Assembly (NCBI GenBank): GCA_963422565.1
Contig: OY730228.1
Coordinates: 560,622-624,621 of the forward strand
From: Alphaproteobacteria bacterium
GTDB taxonomy: Bacteria > Pseudomonadota > Alphaproteobacteria > MPNO01
Reading direction: 5' to 3'
DNA: 64,000 bases
The notes under the pieces: generated by a model
What the model was told of the DNA's origin: nothing
The model's input: only the letters and a program-made list of their open reading frames with translations
Database searches by the model: none
In this document: one piece after another, positions 1-8,273 of the stretch
Layout of the letters: each line of letters starts with the position of its first letter
Position numbering within the stretch: position 1 is the first letter of the stretch
Made by a program: the position numbers and the translations under genes

Positions 1-759
1 CGTCCGCGCATGCAGCGTGCAGCGATTGTCCCACATCAGCAGATCGCCAGGTCGCCAGACATGCTCGTAGACGAATTCGGGCTTCTCGACATGGGCGAAC
101 AACGTCTCCAGAAGCGCGTCGCTGTCCGCTCGGTCCATGTCCTCGACATGATCGGTCATCAGCCGGTTGACGTAGATCGCCTTTCGCCCGGTCTCGGGAT
201 GGGTGCGGAAGACGGGATGCGCCCATCTCGGCGCGTCGGCGCGGGACTCCCGGCTCTTGACCACCGCGTTGTAGCCGATGTCGTAGACGTTGAGCGCTCG
301 CCGGCCGGCGAGCGCCCGCCTGATACCGGCATCCAGCGTGTCGTAGGCGGCGCGGCAGTCGGCGAAGAGCGTGTTCCCGCCGGCGGGCGGCACTTCGATC
401 GCGTACAGCGTCGTCGCCATCGCCGGCGTCTCGTAATAGCACTGGTCGGAATGGAACCACATCTCGCCGTCTTCCAGCGTGGTGCGGAACCCCTCGCCGC
501 GCACGTTGGAGACGAACATGATATGGGGTTGGGCGTCGTTCTTGGACTTGGACGACCTGACCAGTTCGAGCTCTCCGAAGCGGAGGCAGAACGCCTCCTG
601 ATCGGCCTCGGAAAGATGTTGGTCGCGGAAGAGGATCACGCCGCGATCCAGGAACGTCCGACGGATTTCGGAATGGCGCGCCGCGTCGATCGGCTGCGAC
701 AGGTCGACGCCGATCTCCGCGCCGAGAGACGGGCTGAGCGGTCGGACGGGAATCGGCAT
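1..759 (-). CDS. TauD/TfdA family Fe(II)/2-oxoglutarate dioxygenase (3' end runs off the window)
   Basis: Not in the ORF track; translated by hand from ATG at 759 (GGAGGAG RBS upstream): MPIPVRPLSPSLGAEIGVDLSQ...WFHSDQCY...HPVFRTHPETGRKAIYVN...WRPGDLLMWDNRCTLHAR. Has the HxD facial triad and the WDNR..H motif. Confidence 0.92.
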   Translation of the reverse strand, partial: MPIPVRPLSPSLGAEIGVDLSQPIDAARHSEIRRTFLDRGVILFRDQHLSEADQEAFCLRFGELELVRSSKSKNDAQPHIMFVSNVRGEGFRTTLEDGEMWFHSDQCYYETPAMATTLYAIEVPPAGGNTLFADCRAAYDTLDAGIRRALAGRRALNVYDIGYNAVVKSRESRADAPRWAHPVFRTHPETGRKAIYVNRLMTDHVEDMDRADSDALLETLFAHVEKPEFVYEHVWRPGDLLMWDNRCTLHART

Positions 760-798
760 CGGTCTCCTCCGCTGGGCCGGCGGATTATAGTCCCGCCG

Positions 799-1998
799 AT
801 GGCGATGTCGAAACAGCGCGCGGCCGTTTTCGCGAGCGGGTTCTTCGGCCTCGGGCTGGTCTCGATGATGACGGTCGCGGTGCCGCTCTGGGCGATCGAG
901 CTCGGGATCGGCCCGTTGACGATCGGACTCGTCCTCGGCGCCCGGGCGGCGCCTTCGGTCCTGTTCTCGATCCCCGGCGGCGCGCTGATGGACCGGTTGA
1001 GCACCAACCGCATCATGGCGGCGGCCGCCACGGCCTCGGCCGTCGGCTTCCCGCTCTACCCCGTGCTGCCCCGGGTCGAGGCGCTGATCCTCCTCCAGAT
1101 GCTGACGGGTTTCGCCCAGGGGCTGTTGTGGATGGGCGCCCAGGCGCATGTCTCCCGCCTGCGCGGCAGCGCCGATGCCGGCCTGATGGGCCGGTTCACC
1201 CTGGTCTCCACATCGGGCAATCTCGTCGGGCCGCTCCTCTGCGGGGCCGCTTCGGACATCTGGGGCCTGCAGGCGGGATTTCTGGTCATCGGGCTCTGGT
1301 CGGCGGCGGCGCTGGCGACGACGGCCGCGCTCCCGCGCCCGGATGCCGCACCGGGCCCCGCCACGCCGACGCCGGGGCGGCGCCCGGCCGCCGGCGCCTA
1401 TGCGGCGGCGCTGCGGATGCTCGCCGCCCCGGCCGTCGGTTTCGTCATCGCCTGCTCCTTCCTGATGACCTGCACGCACGCGCTGCGCCATTCCTTCTAT
1501 CCGGTCTATCTGGAGTCGCTCGGCCTGACCGGCACGCTGATCGCGCTGCTGGTCGCGGCGGGCTCGGTCGTCTCGGGGCTGGCCGGGCTGACGACCGGTA
1601 TCGCCGCCCGGCGTTTCGATCCCAACCTGCTGCTTCTCGCCGCAGTCGCGCTGACCACGCTCTGCATTTCCCAGGTGGTGTTGTTCGAGGCCTTCTGGAG
1701 CCTGTTCGGAATGGCGGTGCTGTGGGGAGCGGTCGCCGGCATCGCGTTTCCGCTCATGCTCTACGCGCTCGCCCGCGCGGTCGATTCGGACCGGCAGGGC
1801 ATGAGCGTCGGGATCCGCACCACGGTCAACCGCGCGGCGGGTCTCGTGGTGCCCGTCGCCGTCGGCGCGGTGGTCGATCTGGCGGGCATCGAGGCCGGGT
1901 TCTACATCTTCGCCGTCTGCATTCTCGGCGGGCTCGGGACGATCGCCTGGCGGTTGCTGCCCGGCACCCGTGCGCGGAACGGACCCGGACGCGAATAG
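799..1998 (+). CDS. MFS transporter
   Basis: C-terminal 399 aa of ORF 10..1998 (MAMSKQRAAVF...); about 12 hydrophobic segments; MFS motif A-like GGALMDRLSTNR. Confidence 0.88.
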   Translation: MAMSKQRAAVFASGFFGLGLVSMMTVAVPLWAIELGIGPLTIGLVLGARAAPSVLFSIPGGALMDRLSTNRIMAAAATASAVGFPLYPVLPRVEALILLQMLTGFAQGLLWMGAQAHVSRLRGSADAGLMGRFTLVSTSGNLVGPLLCGAASDIWGLQAGFLVIGLWSAAALATTAALPRPDAAPGPATPTPGRRPAAGAYAAALRMLAAPAVGFVIACSFLMTCTHALRHSFYPVYLESLGLTGTLIALLVAAGSVVSGLAGLTTGIAARRFDPNLLLLAAVALTTLCISQVVLFEAFWSLFGMAVLWGAVAGIAFPLMLYALARAVDSDRQGMSVGIRTTVNRAAGLVVPVAVGAVVDLAGIEAGFYIFAVCILGGLGTIAWRLLPGTRARNGPGRE

Positions 1999-2009
1999 GG
2001 ACGGAACGA

Positions 2010-2909
2010 ATGGATATCCGGATCGGAACGTCGGAGATCGGCGGCACCTTCCACAGCCAGGCGGAGGCGATCGGAACGCTCGCCCGGCGCGAAGGGCCGT
2101 TCGCAAGCGTCGCGCTTGCGGCCACCGAGACGGCGAGCATCGGCAACGCCCTGCTGCTCGACGAAGGTCGGGTGGATTTCGGCTTCCTCGCCGCCAACTG
2201 GATCGGCCTCGCCGCGCGCGGCGAAGCGCCGTTCGACCGGCCCATCGATCTTCGCATCGCCGCGCCGGCCAATAGCGGCCCGCTGTTCTTCGTGGTCCGG
2301 GCGGAGTCGGGGCTGCGGAACGTCGACGAGATCGGGGGCCGGAGAGTCTCGGTGGGCCCCGCCGTCAGCGGCATGGCCCGGCACGCCGCCGGCATCTTCG
2401 CCGTCCTGGGAATTGGTCCCGCCGACTGCGAGCGCGTCCACCTCGATTTCGCCGACGGCGCCGACGCGCTCGTTCGCGGCGAGATCGACGTCCAGCTCCA
2501 ATGCCCGGTTCCCAACGCGGTCATGACCCGCCTCGCCGAGAGGGCGGACATCCGGGTGCTCGACTATACGCCGGGCCGGCTCGAGCAGTTGATCGCGGCG
2601 GTGCCCTTCTACCGCCCGGCGATCGTTCGCGCCGGCGCGTTTCGCGGCCACGACCGGGACAGCGCGCAGCCGGGGGTCCTCAACCTCGTCGCCGCCCACC
2701 GGCGGGCGCCCGACGGGACCGTCGCCGCGCTCGCCGGCCTGATGGCGCGAAGGCACCGGGAGCTGGCCGCGCTCAACCCGCTCTTCGACGGCCTCGGCGC
2801 GCTGTTCGCGCCGCTGCGGCGTCGCGGCCCCGAGGGGCTGGAGATCGACGGCGTGCCGCTTCATCCCGGCGCCATAGACGCCTTCCGCCGCTGCGGGCTG
2901 CTCCCCTGA
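2010..2909 (+). CDS. TAXI-family TRAP solute-binding protein, no visible signal peptide
   Basis: MDIRIGTSEIGGTF..., SIGNALLLDEGRVDFGF, GRRVSVGPAVSG and a C-terminal PLHPGA are TAXI (NMT1_3-like) motifs. Confidence 0.85.
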   Translation: MDIRIGTSEIGGTFHSQAEAIGTLARREGPFASVALAATETASIGNALLLDEGRVDFGFLAANWIGLAARGEAPFDRPIDLRIAAPANSGPLFFVVRAESGLRNVDEIGGRRVSVGPAVSGMARHAAGIFAVLGIGPADCERVHLDFADGADALVRGEIDVQLQCPVPNAVMTRLAERADIRVLDYTPGRLEQLIAAVPFYRPAIVRAGAFRGHDRDSAQPGVLNLVAAHRRAPDGTVAALAGLMARRHRELAALNPLFDGLGALFAPLRRRGPEGLEIDGVPLHPGAIDAFRRCGLLP

Positions 2910-2947
2910 CCGGCGCGGCGGCAACCACGCCCCGGGGTAGAACGATC

Positions 2948-3157
2948 CTACGCGACCGCTCCGAGACCGTGCTTCGCCACCAGCATCAGCAGCTTCAGCG
3001 AGGCGCCGCGCGGGCGCTTCTCACCGCGCTCCCATCGGCTCGCCAGCCCGGTCGCCGCGTTGAGGTAGCGGCCGAACACGGCCTGGCTCGCATTCTCGCG
3101 CAGCCGGAGCGCGCGGATATCCTCCGGGGCCATCTCCTCGACCGGCGTCAGGCACAT
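2948..3157 (-). pseudogene. N-terminally truncated XRE/Cro-HTH regulator (HigA/YiaG-like antitoxin remnant)
   Basis: MCLTPVEEMAPEDIRALRLRENASQAVFGRYLNAATGLASRWERGEKRPRGASLKLLMLVAKHGL is an HTH_3 domain. The usual N-terminal ~30 aa and any toxin partner are missing. Confidence 0.7.
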
Positions 3158-3267
3158 CTCGAAGGCGCCGGTCTTTACGGCGACAACTCCCCACCCCGTC
3201 CGATGACGAGTTCCGGGCCGGGGCCGATAGAGAGGACGAACCGCGCGTCGGCGCCGCTCCACGGCGG

Positions 3268-3489
3268 TCAGGAGGGGACGAGCTTGAGGAGGCCGAAAGT
3301 GATGGCGGCGTTGGCGACCACGATGGCGAGCGCGACCTTGTGGAGGTCGGCTTTGGTGGCGACGCGTCCGAGATCCGCCCCCGCCGCATCGCGCATGGCG
3401 CTGGCGGCGGCTTCGGCTTGGCGGCGATCGAAACCGGCGACTTCGAGCTCGCAGGCAGCCTTGAGGACGTCGAAGGTGCCGGCGGTCAT
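3268..3489 (-). CDS. Short DUF1640/CCDC90-like coiled-coil protein with C-terminal TM helix
   Basis: AGGAG RBS 6 nt before ATG 3489; TFDVLKAACELEVAGFDRRQAEA...VATKADL followed by a hydrophobic tail. Confidence 0.78.
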   Translation of the reverse strand: MTAGTFDVLKAACELEVAGFDRRQAEAAASAMRDAAGADLGRVATKADLHKVALAIVVANAAITFGLLKLVPS

Positions 3490-3585
3490 GAGCATCTCCT
3501 ATCGACCATAACAAGAGTACCCATCGATCCGACGACCGATGCAACGGACGAAACCTATTTTATCATTTCCTGGCCCCCAACAGCG

Positions 3586-4899
3586 CTAAAACTGCTTGAC
3601 GAAGCCCAATTCGGCGCGGTTTCGTTTGTAGTCTTGTAGTTGGGCGTTGGTGGTCCTCATTTCGTCGACCAGCGTCAGTCTAGGGCTGAAGCCGGCGAAT
3701 GTCAGGCCCCGGTTCAGGACGGAGACCCGCAGCGTTCGGGTCATGTCGGTGCGGCGCGTCCCGTCGTCGGTATAGTGGGGCCAGCCGCCGTCGCCGCCCT
3801 CGTAGGCGGTTCGGCGCAACGCCCCGCTGGCTCCCAGCGTGAAACCCCGCGGCAGGACGAAGGACGCGCCGAGCCGGCCCCAGAGGGCTGCGCTCCGCCA
3901 TTGCTTGGTCTTCGGACGGTCGCGGTCATGACCCAGCGTTGCCCAAAGCCGCAGCGTCGGGGTCGCCACCCAGGACGCTCCCAGAGAAACCTCCCTCGCC
4001 GGGCCGTCGAGATAGTCGTGCCGGCGATAGTCGCGCTTGCGCCAGGCTGCCGAGGCATCGAGCCGCCATCGCGGACCCAGGCGGCGCTCCGCCTCGATCC
4101 GCCCGCCGAACGTGTCGCTGTCGGGATTTCCGCTGTGCCATTGCCGCGAGACTTCGGCAAGCAGGCTCACCTCGCTGGCGGCGCCAATCAGCCAGCGCGG
4201 CCCGAGATGGAGGCCGACGAAGGTGCGGTCGAAGGTGCTGCCTTCATATTCGCGCCGAGACGCGTCTCCCCCGGCGCGAATGCCGAGGCGTTCGGTCAAG
4301 GGATACGCGTATTCGCCGCCGCCCCAGACCGAAAGGCCGAGCCCCGAGCGAGCGCCCGCATCGCGTCGAAACGGCAGCCTGCCGAAGGGGGTCTCCAGAT
4401 GGATGATCTCCTCGCTGGATGCGGCGTTGATGTTGCTGTCGGGCGCAATGGCAAAACCGAAATAGCCCGACCATCGCCGGCGGGCGCGCATCAGATCGAG
4501 AAAACGATTGACGTTGAGCACCACCCCCGCCGGCGGCTTGCCGGCCAGCACCCGCTCGAAATGGCGCCGGGCGAGGGCGTCCTCCCCCTTGAGAAAGAAG
4601 GCGCGGGCGAGTTCGAGCCGCACCCGCATAAGACCCGGACTGTCGATGAGAATGGCGTGGAATGAAGCGATCGCCTCGTCGAGACGATCGCTCCGGATCT
4701 CTCGGCTATCCGCGCGCTCGGCGAAACGGAGTGCCGTCATGCCGGTGCGGAACAAGTCTTGATTGCGACGCGGGTCACCGACCGCATCGGAGATGCGCAT
4801 CCCGACGCTCGCAACGGGTAGCTCGCCAGAAAGCGAAGCAGCGGTCGCCGTCGAAAGCAGGCTAACCGACACCACGCCGGCGAGCAGATGCATAAACAT
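3586..4899 (-). CDS. Slam/DUF560 surface lipoprotein assembly modifier (type 11 secretion translocon: TPR plus outer-membrane beta-barrel)
   Basis: Signal peptide (MFMHLLAGVVSVSLLSTATAA), TPR-like RVRLELARAFFLKGEDALARRHFERVL, DSNINAAS motif, amphipathic beta-strands and terminal LGFVKQF. Start may be 4893. Confidence 0.88.
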   Translation of the reverse strand: MFMHLLAGVVSVSLLSTATAASLSGELPVASVGMRISDAVGDPRRNQDLFRTGMTALRFAERADSREIRSDRLDEAIASFHAILIDSPGLMRVRLELARAFFLKGEDALARRHFERVLAGKPPAGVVLNVNRFLDLMRARRRWSGYFGFAIAPDSNINAASSEEIIHLETPFGRLPFRRDAGARSGLGLSVWGGGEYAYPLTERLGIRAGGDASRREYEGSTFDRTFVGLHLGPRWLIGAASEVSLLAEVSRQWHSGNPDSDTFGGRIEAERRLGPRWRLDASAAWRKRDYRRHDYLDGPAREVSLGASWVATPTLRLWATLGHDRDRPKTKQWRSAALWGRLGASFVLPRGFTLGASGALRRTAYEGGDGGWPHYTDDGTRRTDMTRTLRVSVLNRGLTFAGFSPRLTLVDEMRTTNAQLQDYKRNRAELGFVKQF

Positions 4900-5015
4900 G
4901 CAACGTACCCTTGGAAAAAAAGTGGCAGTGCCCGGCACCCTGAAGAAAAGGGGCCGAGCACTGCCCGAAGATGCCATTGCGGAAAATCTTCTCAATGGCA
5001 GTCGATTATGTGGGT

Positions 5016-6734
5016 CTATCTCTCTGCGCCGAACGCGCCGACAACGCCCCTGTATTTCTTTTCATTATTGGCATACGCGCTATGGGTGGCGGCCATAAAC
5101 TTCCCAGCAACTCCCGTCGGCTGTTCCTTCAGATCGTCTACGCCGTAGAACTGCGACGCCCATTCGCCGTCCGCAAACTTCACGCCATCCGCCGCGCCTC
5201 CAATCTCACCTTCACTAGTGCCATCCTTATTAAGATCGCTTTCTTCCAGTCGGACGATCCAATCGCTATCGCCGCCGTCGAAAGGATCGTTGGGATTGTC
5301 GGAACTGTCGCGACCGATGTACCGGCCGTGGCTATCCTTGAAGTTGTCGATACGCCCTGTCAACTTGCCCATACCGCCATTAAAATTTGCCGTCAGCTTC
5401 GCGCGAGCGACGAACATTCCGTTACTAACATCCCGGTCCACATAGAGCCCCGTCGCAGAGCCTTCGTAGGTGGCCTTGCCGCCCAAACTATTCTCGACGC
5501 CCACCTCGTTCTGGCCATAGAAAAACACGTCGCCAAAATGTTCGCCATGTTCCTGGTCGTTGGGCACGGTGGCCCAGACGCCGAAAGCCAACCAATCCTG
5601 GTCCGGCAACATGATCGTCGCGCCCTTATCGGGCTTGAACGTCCATACGAGGCCTGTCTTGGAATTAATCTGAAACCGGGCTCCGGTCCTGACGCCGCCA
5701 ACATCTACAATTCTGCAATCATCGTCAGCCGTGCCGTCTGCGCAATTCAGCGTACCCTTCACACCGAGATATTCTGCCGGGATCCCGTTCTTCCGCTCGT
5801 CGGCGTCAAAAGTAAACGCACGCCGAGCTCCAGTTGGCACAACAGCCTTTACAAACTGGGCATCAGATACTGCCATTTGGATCATGCCGTCGGTCACTTG
5901 AAAATACTTTTTCAGTTTATCATCGGCAATATGGTTCACCAGTTCTTTGTCGAATTTATACTCTTTGGGGTTCTCGACATTCGAGTATATCAGGGCACCC
6001 GTCTCAAAGCCTGCGTCCTCATCTCCTTCGGTGTCTCCCCAATCCCTGAACATGACCCGTTGGTCCCATTTCGGAAGGTCAAGTTCGCTAGCTTTGCCGC
6101 CATCTTTACCCTTGCCACCGATCTTCTTTTTAGCCCCGCTCGCGGAAGTGAATCTATCTTCCAAAGTTACACCAGACAAGTCCTCAGGGCCAATCCCCTC
6201 CAGAACGGTGCTATCAAGTTTGGCGTCCTTCCAACCAATGATCTTATCCTTGCTATCGAACGTACTACTGAAGGCAGAGACAATTATCGAGGGGTTTGCG
6301 GGATTTAGCCGGTTGACGATTTCTTCGGGGTCGGGCCCGGGGGGAAGCTTCGCCACAACCAGCATGTTATCACCGGATTTATCCTCCGCATCGGTCCGGG
6401 TCTTCCAATTCGCCTCGACCTTGCCGAGATTCCGCGTCAGCTCGATGGTGCAGGGATACTTGCTCTTGCATTCGAAGACCACGCCCTCGCGAGTATCGCT
6501 CTGGCCGGCCCCGATCTCAAGCGTAGCAGAGTTATCCTGACTCTCTAGCCCATCCAACAGTTCATTAGTGACTGGCACATCAAAGTCCATCGAAACCGTT
6601 CTGGCCGTCGGCCCACTCGATGTCGACGGCTGTTGGGTATTGGTGTCATTATCGCTGGAGCAGGCGGCCACGCCTAGCGCCAGAGCCACGGCGGCGGCCG
6701 CAGCAGTCATCGGTTTGAAGTATCTCGGATCCAT
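5016..6734 (-). CDS. TbpB-like (transferrin-binding-protein-like) surface lipoprotein, predicted Slam cargo
   Basis: RBS GAGAGGGGG before ATG 6734; lipobox LGVAA-C; S/T/D-rich linker; C-terminal TbpB-type barrel (ATYEGSATG...LTANF...LTGRIDNF...WASQFYG...VAGKF...VVGAFGAER). Confidence 0.88.
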   Translation of the reverse strand: MDPRYFKPMTAAAAAVALALGVAACSSDNDTNTQQPSTSSGPTARTVSMDFDVPVTNELLDGLESQDNSATLEIGAGQSDTREGVVFECKSKYPCTIELTRNLGKVEANWKTRTDAEDKSGDNMLVVAKLPPGPDPEEIVNRLNPANPSIIVSAFSSTFDSKDKIIGWKDAKLDSTVLEGIGPEDLSGVTLEDRFTSASGAKKKIGGKGKDGGKASELDLPKWDQRVMFRDWGDTEGDEDAGFETGALIYSNVENPKEYKFDKELVNHIADDKLKKYFQVTDGMIQMAVSDAQFVKAVVPTGARRAFTFDADERKNGIPAEYLGVKGTLNCADGTADDDCRIVDVGGVRTGARFQINSKTGLVWTFKPDKGATIMLPDQDWLAFGVWATVPNDQEHGEHFGDVFFYGQNEVGVENSLGGKATYEGSATGLYVDRDVSNGMFVARAKLTANFNGGMGKLTGRIDNFKDSHGRYIGRDSSDNPNDPFDGGDSDWIVRLEESDLNKDGTSEGEIGGAADGVKFADGEWASQFYGVDDLKEQPTGVAGKFMAATHSAYANNEKKYRGVVGAFGAER

Positions 6735-6756
6735 CGCGGAACCCCCTCTCGATTTT

Positions 6757-7138
6757 ATGTAGAGGCCCCATGTAGAGGCCCCATGTAGAGGCCCCATGTA
6801 GAGGCCCCATGTAGAGGCCCCATGTAGAGGCCCCATGTAGAGGCCCCATGTAGAGGCCCCATGTAGAGGCCCCATGTAGAGGCCCCATGTAGAGGCCCCA
6901 TGTAGAGGCCCCATGTAGAGGCCCCATGTAGAGGCCCCATGTAGAGGCCCCATGTAGAGGCCCCATGTAGAGGCCCCATGTAGAGGCCCCATGTAGAGGC
7001 CCCATGTAGAGGCCCCATGTAGAGGCCCCATGTAGAGGCCCCATGTAGAGGCCCCATGTAGAGGCCCCATGTAGAGGCCCCATGTAGAGGCCCCATGTAG
7101 AGGCCCCATGTAGAGGCCCCATGTAGAGGCCCCATGTA
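6757..7138. repeat. Perfect tandem array: 29 x 13-bp ATGTAGAGGCCCC plus a 5-bp partial unit
   Basis: Read directly: the first unit starts at 6757 and the 29th at 7121 (364 = 28 x 13), followed by ATGTA. No spacers and no mismatches seen. Confidence 0.98.
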
Positions 7139-7152
7139 AAAGAGCGGACTAT

Positions 7153-7181
7153 ACGCTATCCCACTCCCGACCGACCGTCAA
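7153..7181 (-). promoter_or_regulatory. Sigma70-like promoter for the lipoprotein-Slam operon
   Basis: Minus strand TTGACG (7181-7176), N17, TAGCGT (7158-7153). Predicted TSS near 7146, upstream of the array. Confidence 0.55.
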
Positions 7182-7319
7182 CGGGATTCTTCGACCGCAC
7201 CGAATCGCAGCCCCGCCCTTCATCGGCCGCACGGGCGGAATTCCGTTGGCATGAACCCGTCGATCTCCTACCTTCCCGAACGTGCCGGGAAGGCGCGCAG
7301 CACGTTCGGGAAGGTACAG

Positions 7320-7634
7320 ATGCTCTATATCATATACCAGCGCGACCGGCCGGGGGGCGCGGAGGTCCGGGCCGCCAACCGGGATGCCCATTTCGCCTAT
7401 CTGGACGCGCACAGGGACAAGCTGGTCCTCGGCGGCGCGCTGCTCGCCGAGGACGGGCAGACCCGGCTCGGCAGCGTGCTGATCGTGAACGTCCCTTCGC
7501 GCGCCGAGGCGGAAGCCTTTTCCGAGAACGAGCCCTTCCGCGCCGCCGGCCTGTTCGAACGAGTCGAAATCGCCCATATGCGCAAGGGACAGTGGAACCC
7601 CGACGCCGCCCCGAAGACGGCGGAAGGCGATTGA
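7320..7634 (+). CDS. YciI family protein
   Basis: MLYIIYQRDRPGGAEVRAANRDAHFAYL...GGALLAEDG...GSVLIV...AEAFSENEPFRAAGLF. Confidence 0.88.
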   Translation: MLYIIYQRDRPGGAEVRAANRDAHFAYLDAHRDKLVLGGALLAEDGQTRLGSVLIVNVPSRAEAEAFSENEPFRAAGLFERVEIAHMRKGQWNPDAAPKTAEGD

Positions 7635-7664
7635 CGGCGCCGGGCGGGGAGGTCGCGTCGGACC

Positions 7665-8135
7665 ATGACGGAACCGCTGCGGATCGGCGCCCAGGCGCCC
7701 GATTTCACCTTGCCCTGCGACGGTGGCGGCGCGGCGACGCTGTCGGCGCTGCGGGGCCGGCGGGTCGTCCTCTACTTCTATCCCAAGGACGACACACCGG
7801 GCTGCACCGGGGAGGCCTGCGCGTTCCGCGACGCGCTGGCGGAATTCGCGGAGACCGGCGCCGAAATCGTCGGCGTATCGCGCGACAGCGTGGCCAGGCA
7901 CGACCGCTTCAAGGCGAAGCACGATCTGGGGTTCCGCCTCCTCTCCGATGTCGAGGGAACGGTCTGCGCGGCCTACGGAACCTGGGTCGAGAAGTCGATG
8001 TACGGCCGTAGATATATGGGTATCGAGCGGTCGACCTTCCTGATCGACGAGACGGGGATCCTGCGCGCCGAATGGCGCAGGGTCAGGGTTCCGGGCCATG
8101 CGGCGCGGGTCCTGGAAGCGGCGCGGGCACTGTAG
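7665..8135 (+). CDS. bcp: Peroxiredoxin BCP/PrxQ
   Basis: VVLYFYPKDDTPGCTGEAC (peroxidatic CxxxxC); GIERSTFLID. Confidence 0.95.
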   Translation: MTEPLRIGAQAPDFTLPCDGGGAATLSALRGRRVVLYFYPKDDTPGCTGEACAFRDALAEFAETGAEIVGVSRDSVARHDRFKAKHDLGFRLLSDVEGTVCAAYGTWVEKSMYGRRYMGIERSTFLIDETGILRAEWRRVRVPGHAARVLEAARAL

Positions 8136-8229
8136 CGGGAGACAAAAGCGCCGCTCGGAGCCCGATCCGAAAATCGCGAGCGGTCCCGCCGGCGCCGGTC
8201 GCGGTCCCCGAAACGAGGCCTGCCGGGTC

Positions 8230-8246
8230 GGGAGGGCCTTCCTCCC
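8230..8246. terminator. Possible hairpin between convergent bcp and ribA
   Basis: GGGAGG-gcctt-CCTCCC stem; no U-tract. Confidence 0.3.
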
Positions 8247-8273
8247 AGGCGGGATCTCGGATGGGGCGTGATC

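Noticed and set aside
3200-3245. Hammerhead-ribozyme-like motif (ATGACGA-GTTCC...GGAC-GAAC)
   Set aside because: The core deviates at C3 (A) and A15.1 (C), stem II is only 4 bp, and no convincing stems I and III or NUH cleavage site were found.
6735-7109. (MGPLHGASTWGLY)n as a genuine N-terminal protein repeat domain of the lipoprotein
   Set aside because: The same peptide appears in all three frames simply because the 13-bp unit has no sense-strand stop. The lipoprotein has its own RBS, ATG and lipobox at 6734. Kept only as a leader-peptide hypothesis.
6757-7138. CRISPR array
   Set aside because: The units are 13 bp and abut directly with no spacers, and no cas genes are in the window.
2910-7250. 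Flanking direct repeats or a transposase defining the T11SS block as a mobile element
   Set aside because: No terminal repeats, target-site duplication or recombinase could be found by eye, so it is called an accessory block only.
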